Source: Octopus vulgaris (taxonomy: Eukaryota). Taken from it: DNA of 64,000 bases. Within the stretch, counting starts at the first letter, position 1. Every line of letters starts with the position of its first letter. Both the position numbers and the translations under genes were made by a program. This document shows, in pieces, positions 25,367-39,054 of this stretch. Under the pieces are notes generated by a model, which was given only the letters and a program-made list of their open reading frames with translations, ran no database searches and was not told where the DNA came from. Where the stretch lies: contig OX597818.1 in assembly GCA_951406725.2 (NCBI GenBank), positions 46,066,001 through 46,130,000 of the forward strand. Reading direction: 5' to 3'.

Positions 25367-25713
25367 CACAGAGAGAGTGCGGGGCAGGGATAGGGAGAGA
25401 AAGTCAACAGATGAGCTCCAGAGATGCTCAATATGGAAAACATTTAGTATTTCTTAAATGATTTAAACTTACACTCTAAAATCTTATCAAAGACTAAGTT
25501 TGTGAGATAAAGAGTGGCTATAAGAGGAATTCAGGTGAGCGGATATGGAGATGATGATGCAAACAAACATGCCTGGGCTTGATATATAAAATACATACAA
25601 ATATGCATGTAAACATATATAGGAATATATATATATATATATCGAGAGAGGAAGAAAAACTGAAAATATTCAGAAGATAAACATGTATAAGCCTATCCTT
25701 CTCTATATATATT

Positions 25714-25747
<34 letters not shown>

Positions 25748-25919
25748 CATTATATATATATATATTTATATACAAAATGAGAAAATGGAGAAATATATCT
25801 AAATCAATCATCAACCATCAGATAATACCCAATCAATACTTTATTAAACCATTACACAATAGCAATGATATTATACATTAATATAGTACAAATATAACAA
25901 GACATAGAAATACATTTAC

Positions 25920-26046
25920 ATTGTAGCTGACAGCTGTTTCGGCCGTGAAGACAGGTATGTCCCATTTAACCTATTAGCCATATAAAGCAGGTATAAATGA
26001 GACATTAACAAGAATGTCTCACGGCCTCTTCAGAGAATTTAATGCA
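25920..26046 (-). ncRNA. Hammerhead ribozyme motif, left arm of palindrome
   Basis: Minus strand reads CTGAAGA ggccgtga ... tcacggcc GAAA c-agct-g TC, with a perfect 8-bp stem II base. Confidence 0.72.
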
Positions 26047-26928
26047 AATATGAAAAAAATTTATGTATAAATATAAATATGTGTGCATACACACTCATAT
26101 TCTTACATATATATATATACACAATAATACAATATAAACAATATAGATCAATATACATTAACAAGCACAATAATGTTCCATATTGAACTCCACAGTTCTA
26201 TAACCAACATCAAGGACCCACAACATGTACACTCACATTTAAAGCAGGCATATATATTGAACAGTCCAATCTATTAAAATGTGTCATTACACAAAAAGTC
26301 AATAAAATTAATATTAATATTAATAATAATAATAACAACCACGACTGTACCATCCAATGCAAGCGGACATCCACATATATACTCAATCAGTCGAATTCCT
26401 CTGCCCGCATGGTATTGATTTTCGTAGATGGATTCGATTGGCTTATAGTTTTAAATCCTGTGCGCGTGTGTATGTTTCCTAGCTAACTAACCGTAAAATT
26501 TCCATTGTAATTTAAATTTAAAACTATAAGCCAATCGAATCCATCTATGAAAATCAATACCATGCGGGCAGAGGAATTCGACTGATTGAGTATATATGTG
26601 GATGTCCGCTTGCATTGGATGGTACAGTCGTGGTTGTTATTATTATTATTAATATTAATATTTAATTTTATTGACATTTTGTGTAATGACACATTTTAAT
26701 AGATTGGACTGTTCAATATATATGCCTGCTTTAAATGTGAGTGTACATGTTGTGGGTCCTTGATGTTGGTTATAGAACTGTGGAGTTCAATATGGAACAT
26801 TATTGTGCTTGTTAATGTATATTGATCTATATTGTTTATATTGTATTATTGTGTATATATATATATATGTAAGAATATGAGTGTGTATGCACACATATTT
26901 ATATTTATATGTAAATTTTTTTCATACT

Positions 26929-27059
26929 TGCATTAAATTCTCTGAAGAGGCCGTGAGACATTCTTGTTAATGTCTCATTTATACCTGCTTTATATGGCTA
27001 ATAGGTTAAATGGGACATACCTGTCTTCATGGCCGAAACAGCTGTCAGCTACAATGTAA
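26929..27059 (+). ncRNA. Hammerhead ribozyme motif, right arm of palindrome
   Basis: CTGAAGA (26942-26948), ggccgtga ... tcatggcc, GAAA (27035-27038), c-agct-g TC. Predicted cleavage after 27046. Distal stem I ttgcatt/aatgtaa. Confidence 0.72.
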
Positions 27060-28004
27060 ATGTATTTCTATGTCTTGTTATATTTGTACTATATTAATGT
27101 ATAATATCATTGCTATTGTGTAATGGTTTAATAAAGTATTGATTGGGTATTATCTGATGGTTGATGATTGATTTAGATATATTTCTCCATTTTCTCATTT
27201 TGTATTATTAATTTACGGTAATAATTTTACCTTTGCCCACATAATACAGTAGATGAATTAATTGCATCGCAATTTTTAACATTTATGTATTAGCTTTGTT
27301 GGGTACTTCTCTAGCAGTATATTGGATATATGTTATCCCATGGAGGGTTGAATTTACAACCCCTATCTCATTTTATAAATATATATTTATATATATATAT
27401 ATGGGTGTATATCAAGCCCAAGCGTGTTTATTTATCTGCATCATTATGCTTCTCTCTCTATGTATATATGTGTGTATGTATATCTATGAGTGTATATGTA
27501 TGCATGCATATATGTATGTGTGTCTTGACTTTGCATGATTGTTGCAAACAAATGTTACTGTCATGCAACTGTTTCTCATTTCCAGTCTTCAGTGAAAACA
27601 AATCTGGCAACGGGGAAATATTACCATAACTTGGAAACAGGTGAAGGTTGGCAACAGGAAGGGAATCTAGACATAGAAAATTTGCCTCAACAAATTCTGT
27701 CCAACCCACATAAGCTTAGAAAAGTGGACACTAAAATGATGATGATGATGATGAAGGTGTTGTAGTCTCTAAATTAAAAGATGGAGCTAGGATAATATTA
27801 ATACCATAACAATTGTTGTACCATGCAGTATCTAAAAGTGATTTTGTATGTTGCAGTAATGTTCAATGTTTGTAATATTGAGACAATTGAAGAAGCTTCT
27901 ATATGATCATCTGACCTGTCATAATTTGCAACCAAATCTCTCAGATCATACCCTACTCTCTTAAAAAAAAAGACACATTATATAAAGTTGTATACACATG
28001 CATA

Positions 28005-28491
28005 TATGAGGGGATGGTGAAAAGTTCCTGGCTTTGGGTGACAGAAAATACAGAAGGATCAGTTAATTATGATTTTATTCAACACATTCCCCTCTCCGAT
28101 TGTGGAGGCACATGGCTTAGTGGTTCGGGTATTAGACTCATGATTGTAAGATTGTGGTTTGGATTCCTGGACCAGGTGACATGTTGGGTTCTTGAGTAAA
28201 ACACTTCATTTCATGTTACTCCAGTCCACTGAGTTGGCAAAAATGAGTAATCCTGTGATAGACTGGCATCCAGTCCAGATGGGGAATATATGTGCCATGA
28301 AATTGACCTTTGTGAATCAGCATGACTCAAAAAGTTAACTTTACCTTTTTATTTTTACCTCTCAGATGTACACACTTATTGCAGCAGTCCTTCAATTTCT
28401 TTAAGCCCTTTAAAAGAACTTGGAAGGTTAGGCTTCCAGCCAAGCTTTCATGATCCTCTTAAAGCCAGGAACTTTTCAGTACCTCCTCATA
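28005..28491. mobile_element. Mariner-type MITE with a nested SINE
   Basis: TIRs tatgaggggatggtgaaaagttcctggcttt / aaagccaggaacttttcagtacctcctcata. tRNA-headed SINE at 28097-28357 flanked by cctctc. Confidence 0.82.
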
Positions 28492-30614
28492 TAAAGTGTC
28501 ACCAGTTTAATGAAATAATGGAAAAAGAATGGATAAAATTCTCAGTGTGATAAATCAACATTGGCTTTAATTCATTTGTAGCAGCACTGTGGCTGAGATT
28601 TGAACCATAACTCACAGATTTTCCCAAGTCTAGAACCATGAAATAATATATTTCCATAAAAGTTATTAATACCCATGCGAATATGGCCCAACCAGTCAGC
28701 ACTGGTTGACTTATGGCTGAGGAGGCAAACTGCAAAGGAAGTATGCTAGTTTTCCCACCAAACTATTTGGTTGAAGATTCTAGAAGGATGGTTAACAGCT
28801 ATAAAAAGGCTGGTTAATTCAACCTAACTAGAGAGCTACTAGCCATCCAGAAGAATCAATGTTGTTTGTCTCAATGAATTGGATAGCTTGGCAAGGCATA
28901 AAGAATCACATGTCAAAAAATTAAAAAATATACAAGACTTTTATTATCAAATACTTTTGGTTTTTATTCTAGACTGATAACGGTGAAGTTCTGTCCAACT
29001 TTCCATGCTCCATTTGCTGGATTTAATCATGCCTTCCAATTTGATATTGATTATGATAAATATCAATCATGATAATATCAGCCAATTTGTACAGAAAACA
29101 TCATCTAATTTCTGAAACTGTATTGGCAATTTGGTGCGATGATAGAAATGATTGAGGAACAGCATATATCTATTTCTTGGTTTCCAAGATTTATGTGTGT
29201 GTGTGTTTTCAATGTCCTATTAATAGAGACATTTATGAGTAACTCTTTGTCAGGTTTCTAGCAATAAAAACTTTTTTATTATAATTATGCATGCATATTG
29301 TATTCAGTTCTCATAATAAAACATAATATAGATTAATTTATACAGTAGGAGTGGTTAAGTATTCTGATTGGATACTTGACAGGTGGGAGTGGCCAATGCG
29401 AAAGAGGAAATAAGGTAATACGTGGTCAGACTGAGCGTGGTTGTGTATCTGCATCATGACAACTGTACTTCTGTAAGTTGGGGAGAGAAAAGAGCGAAGT
29501 TGCTATTTGTATTTTATTAATCGTTTTACTTAGCAAGTATCCCCATATAATTATGTTAGATATTCAAATACAAAATTTACCATAAGTAACATCAGAATTC
29601 ACAAGGTCCAGTCCTTGTCGTGGTATGGTAACTTTTGTGTTTTCATGACACTGAGAGCTATTGTAGCTGAGTGTAAGCTCCTGGTAGGGCTTCTCATGCT
29701 GGACAGGTCAAAGGACAGAGGCCAGACTAATTTGGACCACCTCATCCCAGAAGTGAAAATGGGGTTGCATAGATCAACACCTCTACCCAGAGAAAAGTAG
29801 AGTTACAGAAGCATTGATAATTCAAAACCAACAAGACTTAGAAGCAGCAGTAAAGACAGCCCAATGTCAAGAACAGAGGAGAAACATCATCAATGGCCAA
29901 TATTCTATAGGAAGTGAAGAGCTTAAGTAGCAGTAAATAATAGGACTCATTTGCAGGATGCCATTTTCATGCTGGTGCCATGTAAAAAGCACTCAGTACA
30001 CTCTGTAAAGTGGTTAATATTAGGAAGAGGATCCAGCTGTAGGAATCATGCCAAAACAGAAATTAAGAGTTTGGTGCAGCTTTCCGGTATCTGCTAAACT
30101 GTTCAAGCCATGCCAGCATGGAAAACAGACATTAAATGATGATGATGATATTTTAATTTTATGGGTAAAATGGAATTTTTCCCTTTAAGGAGAAAGTGTA
30201 AAAAGCCTATTCTTCTTAGAGAGTGAAGTGCTTAAGTAATTTGATAGGAGGTAATGAAGAAATAAAGTATTAAAGTAATAGAAGTGGGACATGAACCCTG
30301 ACCTTCAGTTTGATTGTGTCCTTACCAAAATATAACACATCAGTATAAGTGGTGAGGTACTGTTCTATTCTTTATACTCTTCAATCATCATACCTTAGTT
30401 CCTCGGCCTATGAGTATTATCTTGTATGTTTACCTTTAGCATGATAATAATACCATTGAACCATACTTCTTACTCACAATAAAGTAATTTCCATCCTAGT
30501 AATTCTCCATTATATTAAAGCCAGTTTACACTGGTTTGTGCAAACCAGTTGTTACATCATTTTTAAAAAAGAGAACTGGTTATTAGCTTTTATGGCAGGT
30601 ATTTTTAGATATAA

Positions 30615-31475
30615 ATGTTTTTATGCCAGGGGGATAAACTAGAAGTAGTTGATAGCTTCTGCTACCTAGGTGACCAAGTTAGTAGTGGGGGTGGATGCTC
30701 AGAGAATGTTACCACTAGAATAGCCTGGGAAAAGTTCAGAAAGCTTCTACCCCTATTGGTGACAAAGGGCTTCTCGCTCAGAGTGAAAGGTAGATTGTAC
30801 AATGCATATGTGCAAACTGCCATGCTTCATGTCAGTGAAACATGGGCTGTGACTGCTGAGGATATGCGTAGGCTCAAAAGAAATGAAGCTAGCATGATCT
30901 GCTGGATGTGTAGTGTCAGTGAGCACACACGACAGAGTGTAAGCGCCCTGAGAGAAATGTTGGACATAAGCAGCATCGAATGTGGATTGCAAGAGAGATG
31001 CTTGTGCTGGTATGGTCATGTACTATGGATGGATGAGGAGAGCTCTGTGAAGAAGTGCCACTCCCAAACAGTTGAAGGAATCCGGGGTAGAGGTAGACTC
31101 AGGAAGACATAGGATGAGGTGGTGAAGCATGACCTTCGAATGTTGGGGCCCACAAAGGCAATGACAAAAGACCGAGACATCTAGAGATATGCTGTGACAC
31201 AATCAGCCCCAGCCCACTCAAAAGTACCTTGTATCATAGGACAACATGCTGTGTTTGAGGAGACCTATTGAGTCAAGTATGTCAAAATCAAATGGAAATA
31301 TCCCTTTGATTTTGATGTACTTGACTTAATAGGTCTCCTCAAGGGCATCCAGCTGTAGAAACACTGCCAAATCAGTCTGGAGCCTAGTACAGTTACTTGG
31401 CTTCCCAGACTCCAGTTGAACCGTCCAACCTATGCCAGCATGGAAAACGGACATTAAACGATGATGATGATGATG
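30615..31475 (+). mobile_element. 5'-truncated RTE-clade LINE (RT C-terminal region plus 3' UTR)
   Basis: LEVVDSFCYLG, RIAWEKF, KGRLYNAYVQTAMLHVSETW, LCWYGHV and RGRGR motifs; premature stop; (GAT)n tail. Confidence 0.9.
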
Positions 31476-33376
31476 AAAATTTGTTATAATTATTTTCTCA
31501 GTACACATTTTTTTTTCTGTAATAACTTATACCTTTATAATTTCTGCTGTATTATCACTGTAAACAATTTTGCTATAAAAATTTTTACTATCAAATGTCT
31601 TTGTCATAATATTTAAAGAACACACCAAAGGTTCCTTGTATGTACTTTTAGTCTAGTTTGTAATCCGCTTGGTAGGAAAATGTTACCTTGTTTGTTAAAC
31701 TAGAAAAATAAACAAAAAAGACAATAATAACGTGGATTAACCAAAAGTGGTTTCAATTCTTCAGATAGTAAGACTTCTCTTCATTACTGATGTTAGTCTT
31801 TTGCTAATTTGACAAAGAAGGTACATTGTTATACAAGTAAATAATGAATCAAACTGGAAGATCTTGCTTGCACTGGTGATTCAGTTGGTTCTTTAATGTT
31901 TTGATGTAAAAGTGTGAAGAAATACACATGAATGTTTATATTTAACTGTATATATATAAATGTATATGCTTATACAAATGATAACATGTAGCTGGACGTG
32001 TGCATATTTGCTCTCATCTGATCTATAATTTTGCATCTGATCAATGTTGCTTTACTCTGCAATTACAACTGTATTTTATGTGTGGTTCTTTTAGATATTC
32101 TTTTTATTTGTCTTCTTGCTCATCTATTCACCCACAATATTTAAACATGTCTGCTTTATAGCGATGAATATATTTGTCCTTTTAGTTTCATACCAATAAA
32201 AATTAAAGCAGATACATAAGAAATATTCGATAGTTTGACAGAATTTGGAGACGACGTAATGACACTTACGAACTTGGTGATCGAACGTTTAAAAATATTC
32301 TATAAGTGAACAATACGTTCATTATTTACATAATTGATTTGCTGTTCTTTAAATTAGAACTATAATCTTTATCTCTTTATACAACAGAGAACTAATTTGT
32401 TTTAATATCCATCGATTTGCTATTCTCCTTAATAATTATTTTACAATTTAATTTCAAATATATTCATCGCCATAAAGTAGACAATGAGAATCGATATATC
32501 AATATAAATTGAAAAAAAAAAACGTAAATGTGTTCAGTAAAGAAAGTATTTAAAGAATAAAAGTAGTCGGTAATAAAAGTATTTCTTAATTAATTTGGTA
32601 CACTATTAGTCAACACCACCTACATTTTGAAGGTTTGCCAATAGTCGAATTTGATATTTTTTTTGTTTTCTTTTTGGGACAAGTGATTAATATTTTGGCA
32701 GCTGAGAAATTTCAATAGCTTACCAGAGTGGGTGTCAGACGAATTCATCGTGGGTGGTTAAAGTACATCACCTCTAATTCATCACGTAGTAATTTCGTAA
32801 CAAGTTAATCAAATCGCAAACCAATACATCGTCAGTAAATTCAGTAGCGTGCTTTTTATCTAGAGTAAATTTATCTCTAATCATTAAAGTTTATATTCGT
32901 ATTGGAAATAAATACTTCGCGTTTCATTAACAACGAAAAATGTTTTCCTTAGTTCGTTCTTCGCTTAAACATATCGAAGGGCTATTTAAAGCTGAGCTTA
33001 TCTTAATTTGTAGACTGCCAGATAAAATGTGGTGATTTGAACTTTCTATTTCTATACTCCACATGTCCTTTAAGTTTCCTTGCTATGGAACTTAAAAGAC
33101 TGGCGTAGAATAGAAGTAGAAAAAAATCAAGCCAACAGGTTTTCCGCACGGGAACTTTTTGCCAACATAACAAGACAATCCTTCAAAAGGACACGAGGGA
33201 GACAGAAGCGTATTTCCCTTTACATATAAAAATATGTAGAAGACCCACAAAAACTGAAGAATTTGTAGGCGGCTACACTTGGGGATTACTCAGTCCATTG
33301 CCAAAGACCAAGACAATTGATCTCTTGATGGTGTTCTATACTACACAAGAAAAATTCTATACCAGTAAAAATTTAA

Positions 33377-33594
33377 CCCTTTCGTTACCATATTTCTGTC
33401 GAGATGCTCCGTGTTTTTTTTTTCAGTTAATTTTAAATATAACAAAGAATTTAGTAAAATAACTTAGTTATCATTCAGCTAGTGTTATGAACATAAATTG
33501 TGACTAAGGTTTGGTGGAAGATTTTAATTCAAAACTTATGAAAACAAGACATTTGTACAACAAAGCCAGAGGCGATTTCAGCCGGGTTGGTATC
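33377..33594 (-). mobile_element. piggyBac-type MITE, same family, one end damaged
   Basis: ttaa ccctttcgttacc followed by reverse-complemented internal sequence. Confidence 0.8.
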
Positions 33595-35399
33595 AATAAA
33601 TAACATGTGAATAATCATATGCCCCTCCATTTCTAAAAACTCGGGGAAAAACTTTCACTTTTATGTACGTGATAGTGAAGTGAATAAATTTATATTACTA
33701 AAACAGGTTTAATATTGAAATATTACAATGTAGTTTTAATTCATTATATGTTAATTCGATCTAATGAGGAAATAATGACGATAATAGTCATTAGAGAGAA
33801 TGAAAGGCAATAATGTTATTTTTCATGATCAATTAAGAAATTCAAAGAAAAAATTTATCAATTATCGATATTAAATTTACTCAATATAAGAAAAAAAAAT
33901 TAAAGTTACATTTAAAAACTGAATCACACACACACGATAAAGTTAACACTATTTTAAATTAGAAGAAGGAAGTAAAATTCTAAACTCAAATTACGAGCAA
34001 TAGCTCTACAGTAATCAACTAATCAACTACTTCACAATCTTAATAATAATTCAAATGCTGCCAAGGTCGACATTGCCTATTATCCTTCCTGGGTATAAAA
34101 TAAGTACTAGTTAAGCACTAGAATCGATGTAATTGACTTATCCCTCCCTGAAATTGCTGGCATTGTGCCAAAAATTGAAACCAATGTTCATTGGTAATGC
34201 TTTGAATTCTCTTTGTACTTTCTTCGAATTTTTTGGGGGATAAAGTATTCGATTATTACTTCATTTCTCGATTACTCTTTTACTCTTTTACTCGTTTCAG
34301 TCATTTGACTGCGGCCATGCTGGAGCACCGCCTTTAGTCGAGCAAATCGACCCCGGGACTTATTCTTTGTAAGCCCAGTACTTATTCTATCGGTCTCTTT
34401 TGCCGAACCGCTAAGTTCCTTTTATTTATTTTTTTTTTTCAAACTTTCTAAGGACTTCAATTTGTAGGATGGAATTCTTTTGCTGTTGATTTTATTTTTC
34501 CTTGTTAATCGTTAGATATGTTTTTGCTGCAGATTTTTAAAAAAGTGATGAGTTTATTTGGGCGATATTTTACGGGTGGGGCTAGTCGATTTCATCGACT
34601 CTAGTGCTTGACTGATACTTATTTTATCGACCCCGAAAGGACGAAAGGCAAAATCGACCTCAATAATGATACAATTGGTAAGATTACTGAATAAATTGTC
34701 AACCGGGAATGCCAGATAGAGAGAGAAAAAAAAAAAGAAGCACGTTATTAATCCACTCGCCATTAACTGACCTAAACGTTAAAGAAGTACATTTATGTTG
34801 TTGGCTTGTTTCTGACTATTTAAATAAGGCATGAGTAGAGAAAAATATAAAAATACTTTGATATGCAAATTTTCAACTATACCACTCCCTAGTAGAAATG
34901 CAACTGGTCAAAGTGATATACGGCAATTCTGCTGACCGAATTTTTTCTTTTTAAACTATCATACTATGTTAAAACTCGTTCAGTCTGGAAAAAGGAGGGT
35001 TGCCCTTGACCTTTGCAACAGTAGCACGGCTGGGATTGGGTGAGGTGGGGTGGGATCTGCCACGGGCCTCGCTTTTAAGGGGTGGCACTTTTGTTTCTCC
35101 TGTATAAGGCTGTATAGGGTAGGGGTGGAAAATTTAAGGGCTGCTGGGAGGCTCCTTTGAGACCGGTGAACTTCGGTCTATTAATGTTCTGTTTAAACTG
35201 TTGCAGGCCAACAATTATAGGAAAGAAACGAGCGGGGATTCCAAGGACCTGATGTTTTGAAGATGAATATTAGGCATAAGGGTTAGTGCAGGCCTTGAGG
35301 GAAGAGGTTGCACAACAAGGGTGATGAAAGGTGGGGAGACAAATAGGTTGAGTTGTCTGAATGATGGCAATAGTGGACTATCCAGTTGTGAGGAACAGA

Positions 35400-36050
35400 T
35401 GCTAAGAGAGAAGAGACAGCATGCTTGTGGGCTTGGAGTGGGGAGTAGTTGGGAAGAAGATGAAGATGGTGGTGATGTGGTGCCAGAGCAAAGGCTCAAT
35501 GTACAAGAAGGTGAGCATAAGAGAGAATAGAGACAGTGGATCAGTAGGGAGAGGGGAGTAGTTTCATAAGTGTCTTAGATATGGGAGAAGCGATGGTTAG
35601 GGATGAATGTAGAGAGTGATAAACAAAGGTGGAAGCGTAGCTAGAGTGTGTGCCACCCGGGGTGGCCCTTCCATATGCCGCCCCCGTACCCCACAAAAAA
35701 CACATTTTGCCTACAGCAGACCCAAAAGTGCCATCCGGGGCGGACCGCCCCTACCGCTCCCCCTCCCCTATGCTAGTGGGTAGAGGTGCGGTTGATGGGA
35801 AATACCGGAATGGAGAGAGGTTAAAGTCGAGAGACATAGAAGTGGTTCAGGAAGGAGGAAAGATCATGAAGTAATGGGATGATGTGAAAGGTGTGAGAGT
35901 GGTGGGAAGAGAAATATAGAGGTGCATAAGGATAGGTATAGTGAGTGGGGCATGGCGGTGGATATGAGAGGACGTTGAGAATGATAACAGATATGAAAGA
36001 TGTTTGGATGAAGTATGACAGGGGAGAGGGAGAGATAACTGAAAGGACAG
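35400..36050. repeat. Purine-rich interspersed repeat also present at about 17900-18420
   Basis: Shared gcataaggg.ctatagt.agtggg...gatatgagagg.c.ttgagaat. Interrupted at about 35630-35778 by a GC-rich MITE-like segment (agcgtag...ctatgct). Confidence 0.55.
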
Positions 36051-36329
36051 AAAGATGACCGGTGAAAATAATGTAGAGTGAAAGGATGGAAGTGGCTCCA
36101 GGTGGTAGGGTAGATAACTAGTACTCTAAAGAATGGAATGAGACGTAATATGTTCCGATTCTACTTACAAGTGATTACAGCAGCCAAGCAATGCTCGAGA
36201 TATGAAGGTGTTGGAGGGATGAGTGTTAAGGAAAGGGGGTTATGGAGATGACATACGGAGAATAATTAGACTGCTTTAAAGATTTTAAGGTAAAGTTACT
36301 TGTTGATAAGACAGCAACACGATTCTGTA

Positions 36330-37480
36330 GAGCTCGTCCTGCGCACTATTCAATAAAGGATTGAATAGAGAAGGAACTGGACCGACTGGACAGACAAGAT
36401 ATTAAATATTAAAAGAAGTCGATTATTCTCGTTAGGCTATGATGTTATGTGTAGTGACCAAACTTGGATACTGAAACTGAAATAACATTAAAGCTTGTGA
36501 AGTATGCATTCACGGTCAAAGCAGTCCAAAACATGCTCCAACTCATCCTTGAGAATATCCATTACCAGTCCATTCACGGGATGTGTTCTTAATTGTTGTT
36601 GACGCGTACTTGGAATGGACTTCGGTAGTGGAACCACAGTGGAGATATTGAGAAGAATCTTCGCCACTGATGGTCTACCTGTGATATTAGTAAGTGACAA
36701 TGGTCCATGTTTTGTTTGTAAAGAGTTTAAATTGTCAATGAAGTTTAACGAAATAAGGTGTCACCGCTCCATATCACTTCTGTAACGGCCAAGCTGATCG
36801 CACGGTGCGCACATTCAAAGAGGTAATAATGAAGATGAAAGTGGACGGGAAAGGGACACTCGAAACTAAGCTCCACGGGGTCTTATTCTCTTTCAGAATT
36901 GCTCTGCACTCAACAACTAAAGCTTCTGCTGAATTGTGGCTCAAACCTTAGGGACAGCTTTTCACCAACTGAAACCAGATACTTCTTGAGTTCAATATAA
37001 TATGGAGCATAGGACGAAGATACTATATCTGCTGAGTAAATTTAGAAAGGATGACCGTATTCTTGTACAACATTTTAGAGCTGTTTAACGCTGGATGGAA
37101 GGCACTATAACTCGACAGTTGGCGGCCGTAAATTTTGAAGAAGGAATGGTTGGAAACGCGTTAGAACGTTAAAACTTCTGAAGCTTCCAAGCCAACCAGC
37201 TTAAATATTGGTACCTTATGCACCTACTTCTGCAGCAGCTGAGGTTCCTGTCATTCTTGGAATACCTGAAGTTTCTGAGTTACCTGAAATACCAAGTACA
37301 GTTCCTGAATTGCTTGAGGCGTCGATTACTGCTGACTATCCGTTGTGCAATACTTTCTTTCAGTTCATTTGAAACAACAGATGGCCCTGAAATTCGTATG
37401 TCAAGCTGTGGACGTCAACTCGCCCTCCAGGTTTAACGATAATGTATATGGAAATCTTTAATTAATGGTTGGAGGTGTTG
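36330..37480 (+). mobile_element. Gypsy/Ty3 LTR retrotransposon pol relic (integrase core)
   Basis: FLIVVDAY, LRRIFATDGLPVILVSDNGPCF, APYH and NGQADRTVRTFK read with frameshifts. Purine-rich tract then tgttg near 37465-37480. Confidence 0.82.
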
Positions 37481-38107
37481 CACCGAAAAGAACATAGAAG
37501 CAGGGTAAACAAATCCAGTATTAGTTGCTCGCTATTTATTTAACTTTCCACGTGAGAAAAGGCTTAAAAGGTGCTTGGAAGTGTCAGTAGGAGCTATTTT
37601 GAAACGGGACTAACGAGAAGCAAGAGATTCGGGGAAGCTCCAATATGCAGCCCTTGCATTTAAACCCATTGAAAAATACAACGTGGGTATAGTCAGTTAG
37701 CATATTTTACATTCTTTTCACCTTAATATCTTTTAGGTCGTAACTTTATTCAATAACAATAACAGTTTAGTAATTAAGTGGTTTAGTAATTTAGATAGTT
37801 TATTCTGTTTATTCAATTTGATGTTTTCTGTGTAAACTTTATCTAAACCACCTACCCACAAAACTCTAAAGTTAGGTATTAAGTAAACGTAATACAATTA
37901 GTATATCATAATGCAAACTAGAAAATCACTTCTAATTTTCAAGTACTTGGAATGTGAGTGGCAAACGAACATATGTTACAGTAGGTAACTTTGTCAGGAA
38001 TGAAGTCCATGCGATAACAGGTTTAAATGTATATGATATTTTTTTAATGGTTTCAGTTATTGGATTGCGGCGAAAGTGTGGTACAGCTTTTCTGCGCGTA
38101 ATAGAAA

Positions 38108-39054
38108 TACGATGGACGGCTGAAAAGCTCATAGGCTGACCAAAATGCTTTCATGGAATGTGACCAAATGAGGTTTATTTTTCAACATAGTCCCCCCCCC
38201 CCGCGCCACTTCATTGCAGTCCATACACTTCTCTCCATCGGTGTTGTAGTGCTTGGATCCCTTTGGTGAAGAAGCTTTTTTCCTGTTGGTCAAAAAAGTC
38301 ATCAACTGCAGATATGACGTCATCGTCACTGCGATACTGTTTCCCAGCCAAGTGTGTTTTCATGTTGGGGAATAGATGATAGTCAGCTGAGGCCAAACCA
38401 GGAGAATAAGGAGAGTGATCAAGCAATTCAAAGCCACAGTCACGCACAACAACTATTGAAATGAAGGACTTGTGTGCTGAAGTTTTATCATCCAATGAAA
38501 CAAGACCCCTTTCATCAATCAGTTTTCCTGGACGTTTGGTCTTGATAGCTTTTCATAACTGCCTCAGCAAGTTGGCATAGTACTCTCCATTGACGGTGTG
38601 GCCCTCTTGAAGATAATCAATGAACACAATGCCTTTTGTATCCCTAAAAACTAAGGTCACCCCCTTCCCTGCAGATGAAATTACCGTGGCCTTCTATGGA
38701 GCAGACGGAGAGGAGTGTTTCCCCTGCATGCATTGTATTTTTGTCTCTGGCTCGAAGTGATGAAACTAGCACTCATCCTGGCTTAGAAAACATTCAAGGA
38801 AACCACCTGCATCTGTCTCAGAAAATATCAGACTTTCCCGTGATGTGATCAGCCTGGTGCACTTTTGATCGGGTGTCAGAAGACATGACGTCCATCGAAG
38901 AGAAACGTTCGTCATGCCAAGTTCATTGTGCAGAATATTCTCAACTCTCTCACGGGATATACTAATAGCGTTGGCTATTTGATTTATAGTCAATTGCCTA
39001 TCATCCATCAGCATGTGGTGAACACAATCAATGTTTTCCCCGGTGGTGGCAGTT
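38108..39054 (-). mobile_element. Mariner (DD34D) transposon, 5' part missing, pseudogenised
   Basis: DRQLTINQIA...ILHNELGM, SQDEC, FELLDHSPYSPGLASADYHLFPNMK, FFTKGIQALQHRW. One TIR beginning tacgatggacggctgaaaagctc. Confidence 0.92.

Larger units (their letters stand above)
25770..27205. repeat. Long inverted repeat, probably inverted Penelope-like pseudo-LTRs
   Basis: Arms 25770-26456 and 26516-27205 are reverse complements with only a few substitutions and small indels. 59-bp spacer. Each arm carries a hammerhead motif. Left end abuts (TA)n. Confidence 0.93.

Noticed and set aside
28499-28810. Possible host exon (ORF 28499..28735)
   Set aside because: LKPMLIYHTEN resembles a Tigger/pogo transposase motif. 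Too short and degenerate to annotate as gene or element.
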